From NCBI GenBank assembly GCA_951406725.2, contig OX597818.1:145514001-145578000 (forward strand): a stretch of DNA of 64,000 nt. Direction: 5' to 3'. The DNA comes from Octopus vulgaris (lineage: Eukaryota). The first letter of the stretch is position 1. Each line of letters begins with the position of its first letter. Below, piece after piece: positions 13,363 through 26,744 of this stretch. A program made the position numbers and the translations under genes. The notes below the pieces were generated by a model. That model did not search any database, was not told where the DNA came from, and saw only the letters and a program-made list of their open reading frames with translations.

Positions 13363-14645
13363 GCACGTTATTTTTTTAATCAATTATATTTTTGTGGTTC
13401 TAGTACTGAATCATTGATTTTTTTTTATCGGTAATCAAACTATCCATCAAAAGGTGAGTGCATCTCTGTTGGCACCTGCCAAAACATGTGTGCATGTATT
13501 CATGTATGTATGTATACATGTAATTATGTATGTATGTATGCATGTGTTTGTGACTATTTGATTTGTACTTGTGTCATTGCATGCATCAGTATGACTATGA
13601 GATTACTTGAATATATTTACACCTGTAAAAATATGCTAAGCGTTTGTGAACAAGTATATCCAGCGTATACGTATGTTTGAACCTGTCAAATTGCGTGTAT
13701 ACATACACACAATCTGTACATACATACATGTTTCAGTGTTCATACATCTACAAACATACATGTTCTATTCTATTGCTATCTTAAGTCAACAGTTAGCACC
13801 CATGCTGGGGCATTGCCCTCAGTTGCTTATTCGATCATATTGATCCCAGTGGAGTTTTTTTCAATCGCTATATCTTATCGAAATCTAATTATCGTTCGGC
13901 TAAATTTGGGGACACGAAAGAAAAGAGATCAACAGAATGCCAGTTATAGCTAGCGCAAGCATAGACACATGCACACATACGCGCACATCTACAACTGCAT
14001 ATGCATACACATAGATTCAACTATGGTACTAACTAGTACTAAGGTTACGTTTAGTATTACTAATGAGGATAAATGGTTTGTCGTGAATTTCATACCAGCT
14101 TAGGTATTTAAAGAGATAAATAAAAAGGGTGTTATCGAATAATCTGCAATAATCGCTGGGTGTGTACTTATAGTTAGTTAAGTCAGACTTAGTTGAAAAC
14201 AAGTTGTGAAGAGAATTAACTGTATTAACATGAAATCTACCGAAACATATCTTGATAGTTTAATAAGAATTTGCGGGTAGATTGCAGCATTAGAATTGAC
14301 TGCACGCTTATGCAATTAAATAAGTGGAGTAAAATATGGAAGTTTACTATATTCAAGTGTTTGGGTTTATTGGCTGCTCTTTGGTATTTCTCGTATTTGC
14401 TACTACACAGTGGGGAAGTGAAAAAGTTTAAGAAAGCAATAGTTTATCAGCACAAATCGACTGTCTATAACACCTTTCTGGAGAAAGTACTTACTATCTA
14501 GATGAAAATAAAATCAAACATATCAAATAAAAATATAATAGATTAATGTATTATTAGTAATGTCCTAATTCATTAGAAGAAAGTGAGGGTGTAAATGCAA
14601 ATAAATTATTACCTATTTGGATATATATACTATATATTATATATA

Positions 14646-14927
14646 GGCGCAGGAGTGGTTGTGTGGTAAGTAGCTTGCTTACCAACCACATGGTTCCTGA
14701 TTCAGTCCCACTGCGTTGCACCCAAGTGTCTTTTACTACAGCCTTGGGCCGACGAAAGCCTTGTGATTGGATTTAGTAGACGGAAACTGAAAGAGGCCCG
14801 TCGTATATATATCTATATATATGTGTGTGTATGTGTTTGTATGGGTTTGTGTGTCTGTGTTTGTCCCTCCAGCATCGCTTGACCACCGATGCTGGTGTGT
14901 TTACGTCCCCGTAACTTACCGGTTCGG
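14646..14927 (+). mobile_element. SINE family A copy, 3'-truncated
   Basis: GGCGCAGGAGTGGTTGTGTGGTAAGTAGCTTGCTTACCAACCACATGGTTCC head, followed by the family body. Confidence 0.85.
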
Positions 14928-16754
14928 GGACGTGTGTGTGTGTGTGGTGAGGGGAACGTGTAAAGTTGTGTCTGTGTATGTAGTCATTGGGTTGCGTTTG
15001 CAAATCTACTGACAAAATGGATTGCCGGTTAAAGCTAAGAGAACTGAATAATTAGTGGAATTAAATGGCTTTTGTTCATATTGGCTCAGACCAGTTTTCC
15101 TCGTTGCTCAGACTTTCATGTTCGAGGACAACCTCAAGACAAAGCTGGTTGGTGTTGAGGAAACCTGTATCTCCGTAAGTTACAGCGGAAACAGGACGAC
15201 TCGTTGCAGGCTTTCAGTTGGCCTTAATCGAATTTTCATTTGGTTAGCATCCGGCTGAGCAATAATCCTTATCTGAATGTTTTCTTAAAATTACAAATAT
15301 TTATTTTGATGACAGCACTTATTAACTGCTTTTGCGTTCAGAATGTTTTAGCCAATATTTTAGATTTTTCCTTTACAATAGAGAATATGGAAGACTTTTC
15401 CTTTCATATATTAGTTGTTACGGTCTAAAATTAGCCTACTTTTTATGTGGCTACAGAAAAGTTTTACTGGCGAATTTAAAGGTAAGTTTGTAGTTCACAC
15501 ATTATACATAGCTATGAATCGTTTGGTGTATTCCGAACACTGATGGAAAAAGTGTCGCATCATCTTGGTGAACAGTAGCTTCGGAATTTAGCAATTTTAC
15601 AGTTACGTGGTTGGTTATTATTTGTAGATAGCTGTTTAATCTTTAGGTAATGAGGCACTGATCCATTCATAGAAACAGTGGATGGATTTTTGCTAGGTGT
15701 ACACTACTGTTAAGCGGGGTTACTATTTTCAATGGTACTACTGTCACCAGGAAAATAACTAAAGCTTACCCAGGCGTTTTGACGATCAAGTTATTTGTAC
15801 TGCTTGTTGCAGATGTGTGGGAAATGTTTTGAAACTAAATTCAAGAAACTTTTATCGACGCGTTACTCCCAGTACACTAATCCTCTTTCGCTATCAAATT
15901 TAATAAGGACATAAGAAATCTGGTAGAAATTAGAGTTATTTCTTCTTCGCCTCATACATTACCTTTTAAAAGCTGGGAGACAATATCTACCAATTGGAGT
16001 TACAGTATATGTCTTAAACGGAAGAGTCACGGCTGGAATACTTTTAGTCATATGTCTATTACATCAAGGCTGATTTAGAGCTAAACAATAACAACATCAA
16101 AAGCAATATAAAAGCAGAGTATATTGTCTACAAAATACGATAGCTACATTTAATGCAAAAATGAAGACTTTACTACAAACTACAATATGGCGGAGTGTAC
16201 AGTATTATCTTGTTTTTATTGGATGGATGGTCTGTCTGCAGTAATGGCTGGTAGCCTTCTCTCGTCATTTCGATCGACTATCTAGATATCATAGATCTAC
16301 TTATTTGATCAAATCTGGCCTGGGGCTAAACAACAACAGCGTCATTACTTCTTATATCAACACCATCACCATCACCATCACCATCACATCATTACTACCA
16401 CTCCTACCACCGTTAACACCATCTCTAACATCACCAACATGCGTTTTATAGTTCTTAATTTCATTATTTTTTTCCTTAATTCTATTCTAATTATTTTAGC
16501 AATTAGGAATGCCATAATAATCGTATATTTGACTAATTACAACGCCAGAGATGATAATAAGGATGGTGGTGATGACAACGACAATTTCAGTGAGGATTTT
16601 AATGATGGTGACGATGGAGACGATGATATTGACGACGATGAAGAAGGAGAAGAGGAAATGTATAGAGATATATGATACTAGAACTGGATAGGAAGTATCT
16701 GTACTCAACCATTTTTTATTTGAATGAACACTGGATGATATTAAGCTCTTTGAT

Positions 16755-17060
16755 CATCCCATGGATAATCTAAAGCTGTTGCTAATGAGAAAAGCAGATC
16801 AACCCATTTTGTTAAAATGTTTCGTATCATTTGTGATCACATATGTATGGAAAGGGCATTAAAATGTGCCACCCTGGTAATATTTGACAAGTAAACTTGT
16901 AAATGTTCAGGGATTAAATGCTATCTATAGGGGATCAGATAGGTGAAGCTAAGGAGAGAAGTCATAAGTATTTTGTAATTCCGCATAAATGATGGGATAT
17001 GGAAGGAAGAGAAGGGGAAGAAATGAGAAGGCAAAAATCTTTCTAGAGTTTAATGACTAA
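16755..17060 (+). pseudogene. Decayed R4/Dong RT fragment (domains 5-7)
   Basis: Frameshifted pieces MDNLKL, DHICME..LKCATLVI and GDQIGEAKERSHKYFVI correspond to MDDLKL / DIxMEFGxxKCA / YKYLGI. Confidence 0.6.
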
Positions 17061-17074
17061 AACAACTGTTTCTA

Positions 17075-17365
17075 GACAGATGAGCAATGACATTTGTATA
17101 AAAAGAAATTGCAAATAAATGACGCCTAGGCCAAAGAGGCCATTAAAAACTGATTTAGTTAGAGTGTGTTTGGCATTATGCAGGTGAAATTTAGATCCAT
17201 CGCAAATTAAAACAATAGTCAATGGACAAATAGGCGATGACGTTTATGTAAAAGAGTGAAATTAAATGTCACCCAAGCTCAAAGAGACTTTTGAGAACTG
17301 ATTTAGTTAAGGTGTTTTGGGCATTATGCAGCTGAAAAGTAAATCTTTCGCTGGTTAAGCAAATA
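17075..17365. repeat. Diverged tandem duplication, ~148 bp period
   Basis: AACTGATTTAGTTA..GTGT.T.GGCATTATGCAG.TGAAA at ~17148 and ~17296, with similar flanks. Confidence 0.75.
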
Positions 17366-19366
17366 TTCTGTTGCTGGTAACGTTTCTAGATTCTCTGGTT
17401 CCTACGATGAACTGAACCAAGTAGCCAAGGCTGAAACAAAACCACAGATAAGTTATATGATGCGTGCAAAAGTGTGCTACGGCTCGTAGTTTTGATAAAA
17501 AATGATGTCGGTCAACACAGGTCAACACTGATGGAGATGACCTATAATAAAAAGCATTCCAACCATGACTATCTTGCCATTTTACTATCTATACAGGACT
17601 ATACATTGTCGAATATGTCTTGTCCTTATTTAAAATGGTAGCGTATAGAACTTAAAAGATATTTAGTTACTCTGTTAATAGAGATGTCGTTATTGGCTTC
17701 GTTCTGATGATGTAGAATAAGATGATGTGGATCACAGTAGTGGTAGTGATGGTGATAGATGTTGTTGCTGTTGGAGATGGTGATAGTGGCATCGGTTGTG
17801 GTAGAGACGTTTGTTGTGATTGTAAGAATTGTGAAGTGGCAAAGACTTGCAGAAAGAAGCATGGTTCCAGACTGACGGCATATATTGCATTATTGAAGAA
17901 ATCGAAGCCTTTTTATTGATTTCTTTTATGCAATCTTATCGTATACGTACACAGATTTCCACTTACACACACACATTTGTATGTGTGTATGTGTATGTAT
18001 ACATACCTGTATGTATGCATGTATGTGTATGTATGTATGTATGTATGTATGTATGTATGTATTTATGTATGTATTTATGTATGTATGTATGTATATATGT
18101 ATGTATAAGTGTGTATGTATAGTTCTTAGTCTGTATATTCTTGAGTTTATACATTAATACGTAACTACATTTATACGTTTATAAGTGTATGTGTGTTTGT
18201 AAAATAAAGGAATAATGAATGGAAGGAATCGGAACTGTATATGAACAATGCAATATATCTTCAAGAAAGCCAATATATTATCTAAAAAAAAAGGGTGGGG
18301 GAAGTAAACGGAAAGAAGACTTGAAGATGGCGACGCAGATGATGACTAGGAGGAGGAGAAGAAAAAGTTATAGAAGGACGAGAGTAAAAGTGATGTTTTA
18401 GTAGCAGAAGTAAAATATGAGCGAACATAAAAGGGCAACAACAATAATAATAACGGTATTGAAATCGCTAAATTCACCATTGAATATGTAGAGAGTGTAA
18501 GAAGGAAAATAAGTGAACAGATTATTTTTTGAAAGGAAAAATGCATATAAAAACTGTGAAAATAGTAGAGAATATAGTAATATACGGGATAAAACAACAA
18601 TAAAATTGATGTTAAATCAAATATTTCGTATAGAGTACTCTATGTTCCATTGGATAACCAATGACGGAATCTCACTCAACCTGCTGGAAATAGTATCTAA
18701 CTGGCTCTCAAATCATACACTATTGTCTTTTAAAAGGGGGATGACACAGTGGATGATGATCACTTAGATACGCCATACTAAAAATAAGGGCAGAATGATC
18801 ATAGCTGAAACGCATTTGATCATTGCTCTGCTCTGGCCATGCTGCCCTGGGCTAATTCCGTGAAATATTTACAGGTCCCGCTAGCTTTTAATAATAGGTG
18901 TACTCGATTAGGGTTGAGCTGGAATTAAACAACCTGGTCAACGCTGCAGTGCCTTTGATAATAGGTCAGCCAGCTCAATTGTGACTAACTTGGGGGTTAA
19001 ATAATAACGTACCTTCATGTCTGGCACACCTCTGATCTTAGGGATCTCCTTGATCAAGATTGACTTCAGGCTAAAGCAGCAACATCTTACAAGAGGTGAA
19101 TGATGGAATGACAGTGTGGCAAGCTCCAAGGAGTCTCATAACACCACATTACTCTCGTTTGTATTTTCCCCTTTAGTTCCTTTATATGTGATTTACCATT
19201 TTTTCTTTTTGTTTTTTAAAGAATTGTCAAGTTCTTAAAAAATGCTTACCTTAACTTAATTTACTTTGTCTCGTGTTATACTGTACTGACGATTCCAAAG
19301 AAGGGCGATATACTGCTACACAAAACTATTAATGACTGGAATATATAATGTGTAAGAAATAGAAAT

Positions 19367-19525
19367 ATTGCTTTCAAATTTTGGCACAAGGCCAGCAATG
19401 TCTGGGGAGAAGTAAGTCGATTACAACGACCCTAATGTTCAACTGGAACTTATTTTATCAACACCGAAAGGGTGAAATACAAAGTCGACTGCGGTGGAAT
19501 TTGATCTCAGAACGTAAAGACGTTT
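19367..19525 (-). mobile_element. SINE family B fragment
   Basis: Reverse complement of the 3' part of 52230-52440. Confidence 0.75.
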
Positions 19526-19766
19526 CGCGTTCTTTTACAGGACTTAGAAAGCTGAACGACTGCTGCAATAAGTGTGTGTGAATTTAACAGCGGAATATAT
19601 TGAATGAAATCATAATTATTAACTGATCCTCCTGTATAGGAAATACAAGAACGTTTAAGCACGCCCTCGTAGAAAGGACTATCTCCCCTATGATATCTGA
19701 ATACCTGGGTTACACAAAGTTTTATTTATTCAATCCTGGTTTCACAGTAACTACTATACTCGAAGT

Positions 19767-20068
19767 GGAGGCACATGGCCTAGTGGTTAGAGCAGCGGAC
19801 TTGCGGTCCCAAGGATCGCGGGTTCGAATCTCAGACCGAACGATGTGTGTGTTTATGAGCGAAACACCTAAGCTCCACGCGGCTCCGGCAGAATGTAATG
19901 GCGAACTTCTGCTGACTCATTCGCCACAACTTTCTCTCACTGTTTCCTCCTGCATCTTACAGCTCACTTGCGACAGCCCGGCGTCCCGTCCAGGTGGGGA
20001 ACCTATACGCCAGGGAAACCGGGAAACCGGCCCTTATGAGCCAGGTGTGACTCGAGAAGGAACAAACA
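19767..20068 (+). mobile_element. Complete tRNA-derived SINE family D (V-domain-like) with target-site duplication
   Basis: A box TGGCCTAGTGG, B box GGTTCGAATCT, V-like CTTGCGACAGCCCGGCGTCCCGTCCAGG. Flanking repeat ACTATACT(C/T)GAA(G/A)T at 19753 and 20069. Confidence 0.85.
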
Positions 20069-20089
20069 ACTATACTTGAAATGCTGGCT

Positions 20090-20340
20090 TAGTTTTTATT
20101 TGATGTTACCTATTAAATAGACCTATGATCAAAATCCATTACAACCGTGACCATCCTGACTTTCCTAGACTCGATCAACTTGGAAGCACATTATCCGACG
20201 GTAGAAAGCCTACCATCTTGTTTTCATACAACAGACTCATAATTCTTTTTTCTTCTAATGAGATAGGGTATAGTTTGAGGGAGATTTAGTTGCTCTTTCT
20301 AATAAGCCGAGTGACTGTGCTAAGGACTTTCTCGTTAGAG
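20090..20340 (-). repeat. Old abundant unclassified interspersed repeat with (CAA)n-type tail (representative copy)
   Basis: Motifs GACCTATGATCAAA..CATT.CA.CC.TGACCATC and GGAGATTT.G.TGCT.TTTCTA recur in decayed form at ~5095, 5590, 12655, 16020, 16240, 17530, 18680-18940, 40160-40360, 44980-45165, 47225, 49980, 53170 and 58960-59150. Confidence 0.65.
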
Positions 20341-20507
20341 CGAATTTTTGACATTTGATTATTGTCAGTGAGGTGTCTTCATTGCCACAATTGAGGCGAT
20401 TGACACCGTTTATTTATTATGCCTTCAACAAAAGAAAAAATGTCTAATTTTTTCACGAAGAAACAGAACTGCACTTAGGGAATGAACACCTACACAGGAA
20501 TCAATTC

Positions 20508-20792
20508 ATACATACATACATACATACATACATACATCCATCCATACATACATACATACATACACACATACATCCATACATACATACATACATACATACA
20601 TACATACATACATACATACATACATACATACATACACACATACATCCATACATACATACATACATACATCCATCCATACATACATACATCCATACATACA
20701 TACATACATACACACATACATCCATACATACATACATACATACATACATACACACATACATCCATACATACATACATACATACATACATACA

Positions 20793-20822
<30 letters not shown>
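20508..20822. repeat. (TACA)n microsatellite with TCCA/CACA variants
   Basis: Directly visible. Confidence 0.97.
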
Positions 20823-20823
<1 letters not shown>

Positions 20824-20902
20824 CAACATATATATAATGTACTGTTCCGTGATAGAAAGATCGGCAAAAAGTACTTCATCTGGTGAAAGATAAATATATA
20901 AA

Positions 20903-21065
20903 TATTCTTTTCTACTCAAGGCACAATGCTGGAAATTTTGGCGGAAGGGGGCAGTCGATTTGATCGACCCCAGTATGCAATTGGTACTTAATTTATCGAC
21001 CCCGAAAGGATGAAAGGCAAAGTCTACCTCGGTGGAATTTAAACTCAGAACGTAAAGACAGGCGA
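20903..21065 (-). mobile_element. SINE family B, 5'-truncated, with TSD
   Basis: Body matches 52230-52440; flanked by CTGGTGA(A/G)AGATAAATAT at 20880 and 21066. Confidence 0.85.
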
Positions 21066-21645
21066 CTGGTGAGAGATAAATATTATTTATCTAAAGGACA
21101 ACAAACTAAAAAGATTGAATAAATGAAACATGGAAAAGCTGAGAAGTTAGCAAATGTAGAAAATAAGATGATGAATGGCGTTTGTACATCAGGCAGAAGG
21201 GGTTCAGAACAAACTGTTTTAGCATATCTATTTGCTCATTAAACAAAATATTCTAAAATCTATTTTCTACAAGTTAGCAGCTCTCAACGATGATAAATCA
21301 AACGAAACATCATGTTATGTATACACATGCACTAATCGTACTATGGTGAAGTAAATCTAGCAATAACAATTCAAGTTATAGTATTTTTAAAAATTGTTTA
21401 GCAGATATCCAGATATTGGAGAAAACATATTTCTTGAGAATGTTGAAATTGAGGCGGTTTAAAGGAAAGCAAGTGTGGAATTTGTGTTCATAACGAAATA
21501 TAATATTGCCTGACATAAACGGGAAGGAATCTTAAAAACAACAAAAAACATAGACATACTCACAAACATAAGCATACACAAACACATAAATAGATGTCTA
21601 TATACACATGTGTATGTGAGTGTATGCGTGTACTTTGTATGTATG

Positions 21646-21689
<44 letters not shown>

Positions 21690-21697
21690 TATATATA

Positions 21698-21742
<45 letters not shown>

Positions 21743-21779
21743 AGCTCCACTACACAAAGAATATTAACTCGGGGAAACA

Positions 21780-21976
21780 GGTGAGCTGATGGGAAAGGCT
21801 ACAAGAAGTGAAGCTCTACTCTCTGAAGAGAAGGCGAGAAAGTATGCAGTGATATACATACGGAAGTATGCAATGAAACAAAACTTGACTTAAACAGGAT
21901 TTAGATAGTCCTATCAGGTGGTGCTATTAAGTTAGACATGGCCTGGACCAATCTTTGGTCGAAACATATCTAAGTT
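21780..21976 (+). mobile_element. Older, deleted CR1-group LINE 3' fragment
   Basis: LQEVKLYSLKRRREKYAVIYI plus the 3' UTR AGGTGGTGCTATTAAGTTAGACATGGCCTGG shared with 22753. Confidence 0.7.
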
Positions 21977-22001
21977 TTATATATATATATACATACAAAG
22001 A

Positions 22002-22076
<75 letters not shown>

Positions 22077-22081
<5 letters not shown>

Positions 22082-22828
22082 TGGGCCACTCATATAAACC
22101 TGGGCCACTCATATAAACACCAAAGTTGACATGGCCCGCAGAATGTGTTCCTGGATTCTCAGAACTTTCCAGTCGAGAGATATCCACACCATTATCCTTC
22201 TCTTCTCCACTTTTGCCCGACCCCACCTTGAATACAGTTGTCCACTGTGGTCTCCCCACACAATACAAAGTATCATAAAAGTTGAAGCACCTCAAAGGGC
22301 AATCACAAAAAAGATAGATGGCATGACAGGCCTCGACTATTGGGGTCGACTAGAAAAGCTAAAACTTTATTCTCTCCAACGTCGTCGTGAGCGCTACATC
22401 ATCTGCATGATATGGAAAATATTCCATCAGCATTGCCCAAATGATGTTGGCATCACCTTTAAGGTACATCCAAGGCTTGGGCCCCGTGCCATCCGCCCAA
22501 AACAAAAATCGCACTCTCATCTCATAACAACAATACGGCACAATTATTTCACCTCAATTGGCCCCGCTCTCTGTAACATTACACCAAAACACATTAAGAC
22601 AGAAACTGACCCTATAGGGTTCAAGAAGTCTTTGGACAGATTCCTTCAAGAAATCCCGGATAAACCCCCTACACCCGGATATGTCTCTGTAAACAATAAC
22701 TCTCTACTTGAGTGGGCCATAGTGCCCAAATTCTGACTTGAAAGACTTCACCAGGTGGTGCTATTAAGTTAGACATGGCCTGGGCCAATAATGGCCGAAA
22801 CCTATCAAAGTATCAAAGTATCAAAGTA
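22077..22828 (+). mobile_element. 5'-truncated CR1-group LINE, open ORF2 C-terminus, inserted in (TA)n
   Basis: ORF 22131..22736 (201 aa) with RPHLEY..PLWSP, LYSLQRRRERY and FKKSLDRFL..IPD.P; 3' hairpin GGCC-AATAAT-GGCC and (TATCAAAG)n tail; 19-bp tandem duplication at the 5' junction. Confidence 0.9.
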
Positions 22829-23460
22829 TATATATATATACAGACACATATATATGCCCACCTATATATTCTTATATCAGTATGTATTGTGTTGGGTTTA
22901 TTCCCCATTTTGTGACAAGAGGAAACCCAGGAATGTGCTAAAAGTGCTTGATACACCTTTGTGTAGAGTATCATACGATACATATATTTATAATATATGA
23001 GAAAAACAGCGTGATACGTATTTCCAAAGGTTTCGTTGAATCTGTATATTTGTTGATTGCATTCTTTTGCAGATGAATTCTTCTTCAGCAAAATGCTGAT
23101 CGAGCAGGTTATGCTTAGATGTGTGAGTATGTCTACCTTGAATGTATGAATAAATATGCGTATATAATATACAGGAGTGCGCGCGTGCGCATGTGAAAGG
23201 CATTGAAGATCGTTGTGGCCTGAAATTCGAGTCGAGAGATAAATTCATAACGTCAAATTCTATAAAAGCCATATCCTCTACATGTATTGAGCACTCCTTT
23301 CTTATTCGTTCGACATTAGACAACAGATATACACGTGAGCACACACACAAATACACACACACGCACACATGTACACGTACACTCACATATATATATATAC
23401 ACGCATATATGTATACACGCACACACACATTACGTGTGTGTGTATGTGTGTGTATGTGTG

Positions 23461-23498
<38 letters not shown>

Positions 23499-24163
23499 TG
23501 TGCGCGCATGTGTATTATACCTTATCAAACTTACGAAAAGAAACATCTCCGCCAAACGTGAGTTATGCCAACGGATATTTTCTTTACTCTCCAGATATTA
23601 TCTTCCTGTTTGTGCGTCTGCGTAACTATAGGCCTTTTTTAGTTACATAGTTCTGTGCACTTAAACGTGTATGAGTCAGTGTTCGCCGTGTATATTAGAG
23701 TAAGGACAGGGGAAAAGAGAGAGTGTTGGTTGATCAAAAAAACTGATAAATAATTATTGCTTGTCACGGGCACATTGATGAGAGTCTCACACACCTCACG
23801 TGACATCCTGTTCAGGTTCCGTTGTGAAGTGGTTCTGTCAAATTTGTCTTAATGCTATCCAGCATAATAATCGTCAGGAATGATTTCCGTATATCGTGTT
23901 ATCTGCAAGAATATATACGTGTCCATATATGTGTATTGAGAGTAGGTGTGCGTGTATATATTTATTATATGATATGATATGATACGATATAATATGACAT
24001 ATATATATATATACGTATATATATATATACGTATATATATATTTGTCCCTGCATACACATATCTATGCGCTCGTATGTTTGTGTGCATTTATATATATAT
24101 ATGCCTTTTATAGTATATGATATATATGTGTGTGTGTTTGTATGTATGTATGTATACATATAA

Positions 24164-24200
<37 letters not shown>

Positions 24201-24213
24201 CATATATATATAT

Positions 24214-24249
<36 letters not shown>

Positions 24250-24276
24250 CTTAGATATATAAGCGTATATATATTT

Positions 24277-24318
<42 letters not shown>

Positions 24319-24403
24319 TGTGTGAATTTTTGTGTGTGCACGTTGAGTTACAGCAATAACAATTTTGCATTAAATTGAAGGGTCAAGCCATACTTTTTGT
24401 AGA

Positions 24404-24473
<70 letters not shown>

Positions 24474-24589
24474 TAATTCTACAAGAAGAGTGGTGACTAT
24501 CGTTTCGAATTTTTGGCCTTCATATATATTTTGTGTTAAGGCACCATTCGTATGTATGTGTGTGTGTGTACGTGCTTGCCTGAGTTACT

Positions 24590-24795
24590 TCGTTTACGTT
24601 CGGTTTTTTCATGCCCCATAACCTAGCAGTTTGGCCAAAGAAACTATTAGAATAAGTATTAGACTTTCGAAACAAGTATCAAGGCTTTAAGAAAAAATAG
24701 TAAGCACTGATGTCGATTTGTTATACTAAACATTTCAACGCGGAGCCCTATCATGGCCGCAGTTCTATGACTGAAAGAAGTAAAAGATAAAAGTG
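24590..24795 (+). mobile_element. SINE family A 3' half
   Basis: CCCCATAACCTAGCAGTTTGGC...CATGGCCGCAGTTCTATGACTGAAAGAAGTAAAAGATAAAAG. Confidence 0.7.
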
Positions 24796-24826
24796 ACGCA
24801 TATGCGTACATAGATACAAACATACA

Positions 24827-25237
24827 CTCTTTTACTCTTTTACTTGTTTCAGTCATTTGACTGTGGCCATGCTGTAGCACTGCCTTTAGTCGAGCAAATC
24901 GACCCCAGGACTTATTCTTTGGAAGCCTAGTACTTATTCTATCGGTCTCTTTTGCCGAACCGCTAAGTTACGGGGACCTATACACACCAGCATCGGTTGT
25001 CAAGCGATGTTGGGAGGACAAACACAGACACACAAACATACCCAGACACTCATACACACATACATATATATATATATGTAAACATATACGACAGGCTTCT
25101 TTCAGTTTCCGTCTACCAAATCCACTCACAAGGCTTGGCTCGGCCCGAGGCAATAGTAGAAGACACTCGCCCAAGGTGCCACGCAGTGGGACTGAACCCG
25201 GAACCATGTGGTTGGAAAGCAAGCCACTCCTGCGCCT
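24827..25237 (-). mobile_element. SINE family A, complete and well preserved
   Basis: Reverse complement: GGCGCAGGAGTGGC...GGTTCCGGGTTCAGTCCCACTGCGTGGCACCTTGGGCGAGTG...(TA/TG)n...GACTGAAACAAGTAAAAGAGTAAAAGAG. Confidence 0.9.
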
Positions 25238-25494
25238 ACATATATACATATGCATGTCGCTTTGTATTTACATTTTTCTTTTTATTATTTTGATAGTATG
25301 CATACGTGTAGTTTTACATTTGTACATCACAGGTGGTTAACGATCTCAGTGAAGTCTTCTAATAAGCATTCTTGTAACTGCCATCCGTCACCTAGAGATA
25401 AGGCGTCTGTTCGACAAATAACCGCATGTGGATATTTTATGATGGATATTTTGTATTGCTTTCAAACTTTAATCCGAGACCAGCCCTTTCGGAG

Positions 25495-25670
25495 GAAAAG
25501 TTCAGTCGGTTACATCAACCAGTGTTCAACAGGTACTTATTTTATCGACCCCGCAAATATGAAGGAAAGTTGATCTTGGCGGTATTTGAACTTAAAAAAA
25601 GTGAAGTCGGAAGAAATATTGCTAAGCATTCTTTCTTTCCGGAGCAGTAAATATTCTGTTCGTCGCCTTA
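25495..25670 (-). mobile_element. SINE family B fragment
   Basis: TTTATCGACCCCG...ATGAAGG...GGCGGTATTTGAACT...GCTAAGCATT. Confidence 0.65.
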
Positions 25671-25886
25671 TGGATATTTTATACTGATAAGTAAAGTTAA
25701 AGTTTTAAGCTCAACCACTCACACATTAGTTATCTCTGATAAAGATCCGTTGAATCAGTTTCTTGCCTTGATTAATGGACAGACAAATATGTACAATTCC
25801 TGCTTCACTAATTCCAGAAAACTGCGCTTTGATCTGTAACAAGATAAGAGTTTCAGGAACACTTGATGGAGTGTCTGGTCTTATCT

Positions 25887-26311
25887 TGTCACATACAATA
25901 GTCGAAGAAAAGGAACCAAAAATCCGGTTGTCTTCAGTAACAATAAATAGTACTTTATTCTTTGGGTTCACAGGTTAAATATATATATATATATATTTCT
26001 TAAGGGTGAACCGGCAGCCAAGTCCACAGGACTGTACACAAATGTTCACTCGGGTGAGCCAAGAAGATAGGGTCTGCGTTGCCGCTTTCAAGAGAGCTCC
26101 TCTATGCGTAGGGTTTTCCCTGAGAGAAGTTTTAGTTACGTCCGCTCGTTAGGGCTGCTCTTCCGAAAAGGAAGATTTAGCGGAGACACTTTCAATTTGC
26201 AGTTCCTGCGCATGCGCATGAGGGAACTTCCGACGCCTACCGGATGTAATCCAACTCTGCGCATGCGTGCTGAAATTTCCACAGTAGCGTCACTACAGAT
26301 CGAATGCTACA
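25887..26311 (-). mobile_element. Probable solo LTR (~425 bp)
   Basis: TG...CA termini (plus strand TGTCAC...GCTACA), GC-richer than the flanks, minus-strand AATAAA ~70 nt before the end. Near-TSD ATCT/TCTT is off by one base. Confidence 0.55.
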
Positions 26312-26326
26312 TCTTTAAAAGGAATT

Positions 26327-26567
26327 ATTTTCTTTTATCTTTCATTTCTTTCAGCCACTGGGCTGCGGCCAGGCTGGGGCGCGGTCTGGGAAGGTTTAGT
26401 CGAACAAATCGACCGCAGTACTTAGTTGTCTTCCTAAGTTTGGTACGTATTCTATCGTATCATGTTTGCCGAACTGTTAAGTTACAGGGACGTAAACAAA
26501 TAGCACCGGTTGTCGAGCGGACAAACATCAGCACAAAGACAAACATACACACAGAAAGCGCTCGCAC

Positions 26568-26607
<40 letters not shown>

Positions 26608-26642
26608 ACATACAAACCCGCAGGCTTCTTTTAGCTTCCTTC

Positions 26643-26687
<45 letters not shown>

Positions 26688-26694
26688 CATCTAC

Positions 26695-26744
<50 letters not shown>

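Noticed and set aside
15480-15860. Possible decayed mariner transposase
   Set aside because: Only a vague GxT-like match; no catalytic motifs or TIRs.
16439-16675. ORF with hydrophobic N-terminus and acidic tail
   Set aside because: Built from AT-rich and (GAT/GAC)n low-complexity DNA.
19282-19320. TGTA CTGACGA TTCC..GGGC GATA TACTGC TACA hammerhead-like motif
   Set aside because: GAAA is mutated and there is no NUH triplet; counted only as a possible relic, not a feature.
19767-19840. tRNA-like sequences (also 8018, 14646, 45780-45852)
   Set aside because: A/B boxes are present but there is no complete cloverleaf, and each continues into a SINE body.
24490-24524. Minus-strand GAAAC-GATA-GTC half hammerhead next to (TA)n
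   Set aside because: CUGA box and stem I partner are absent.
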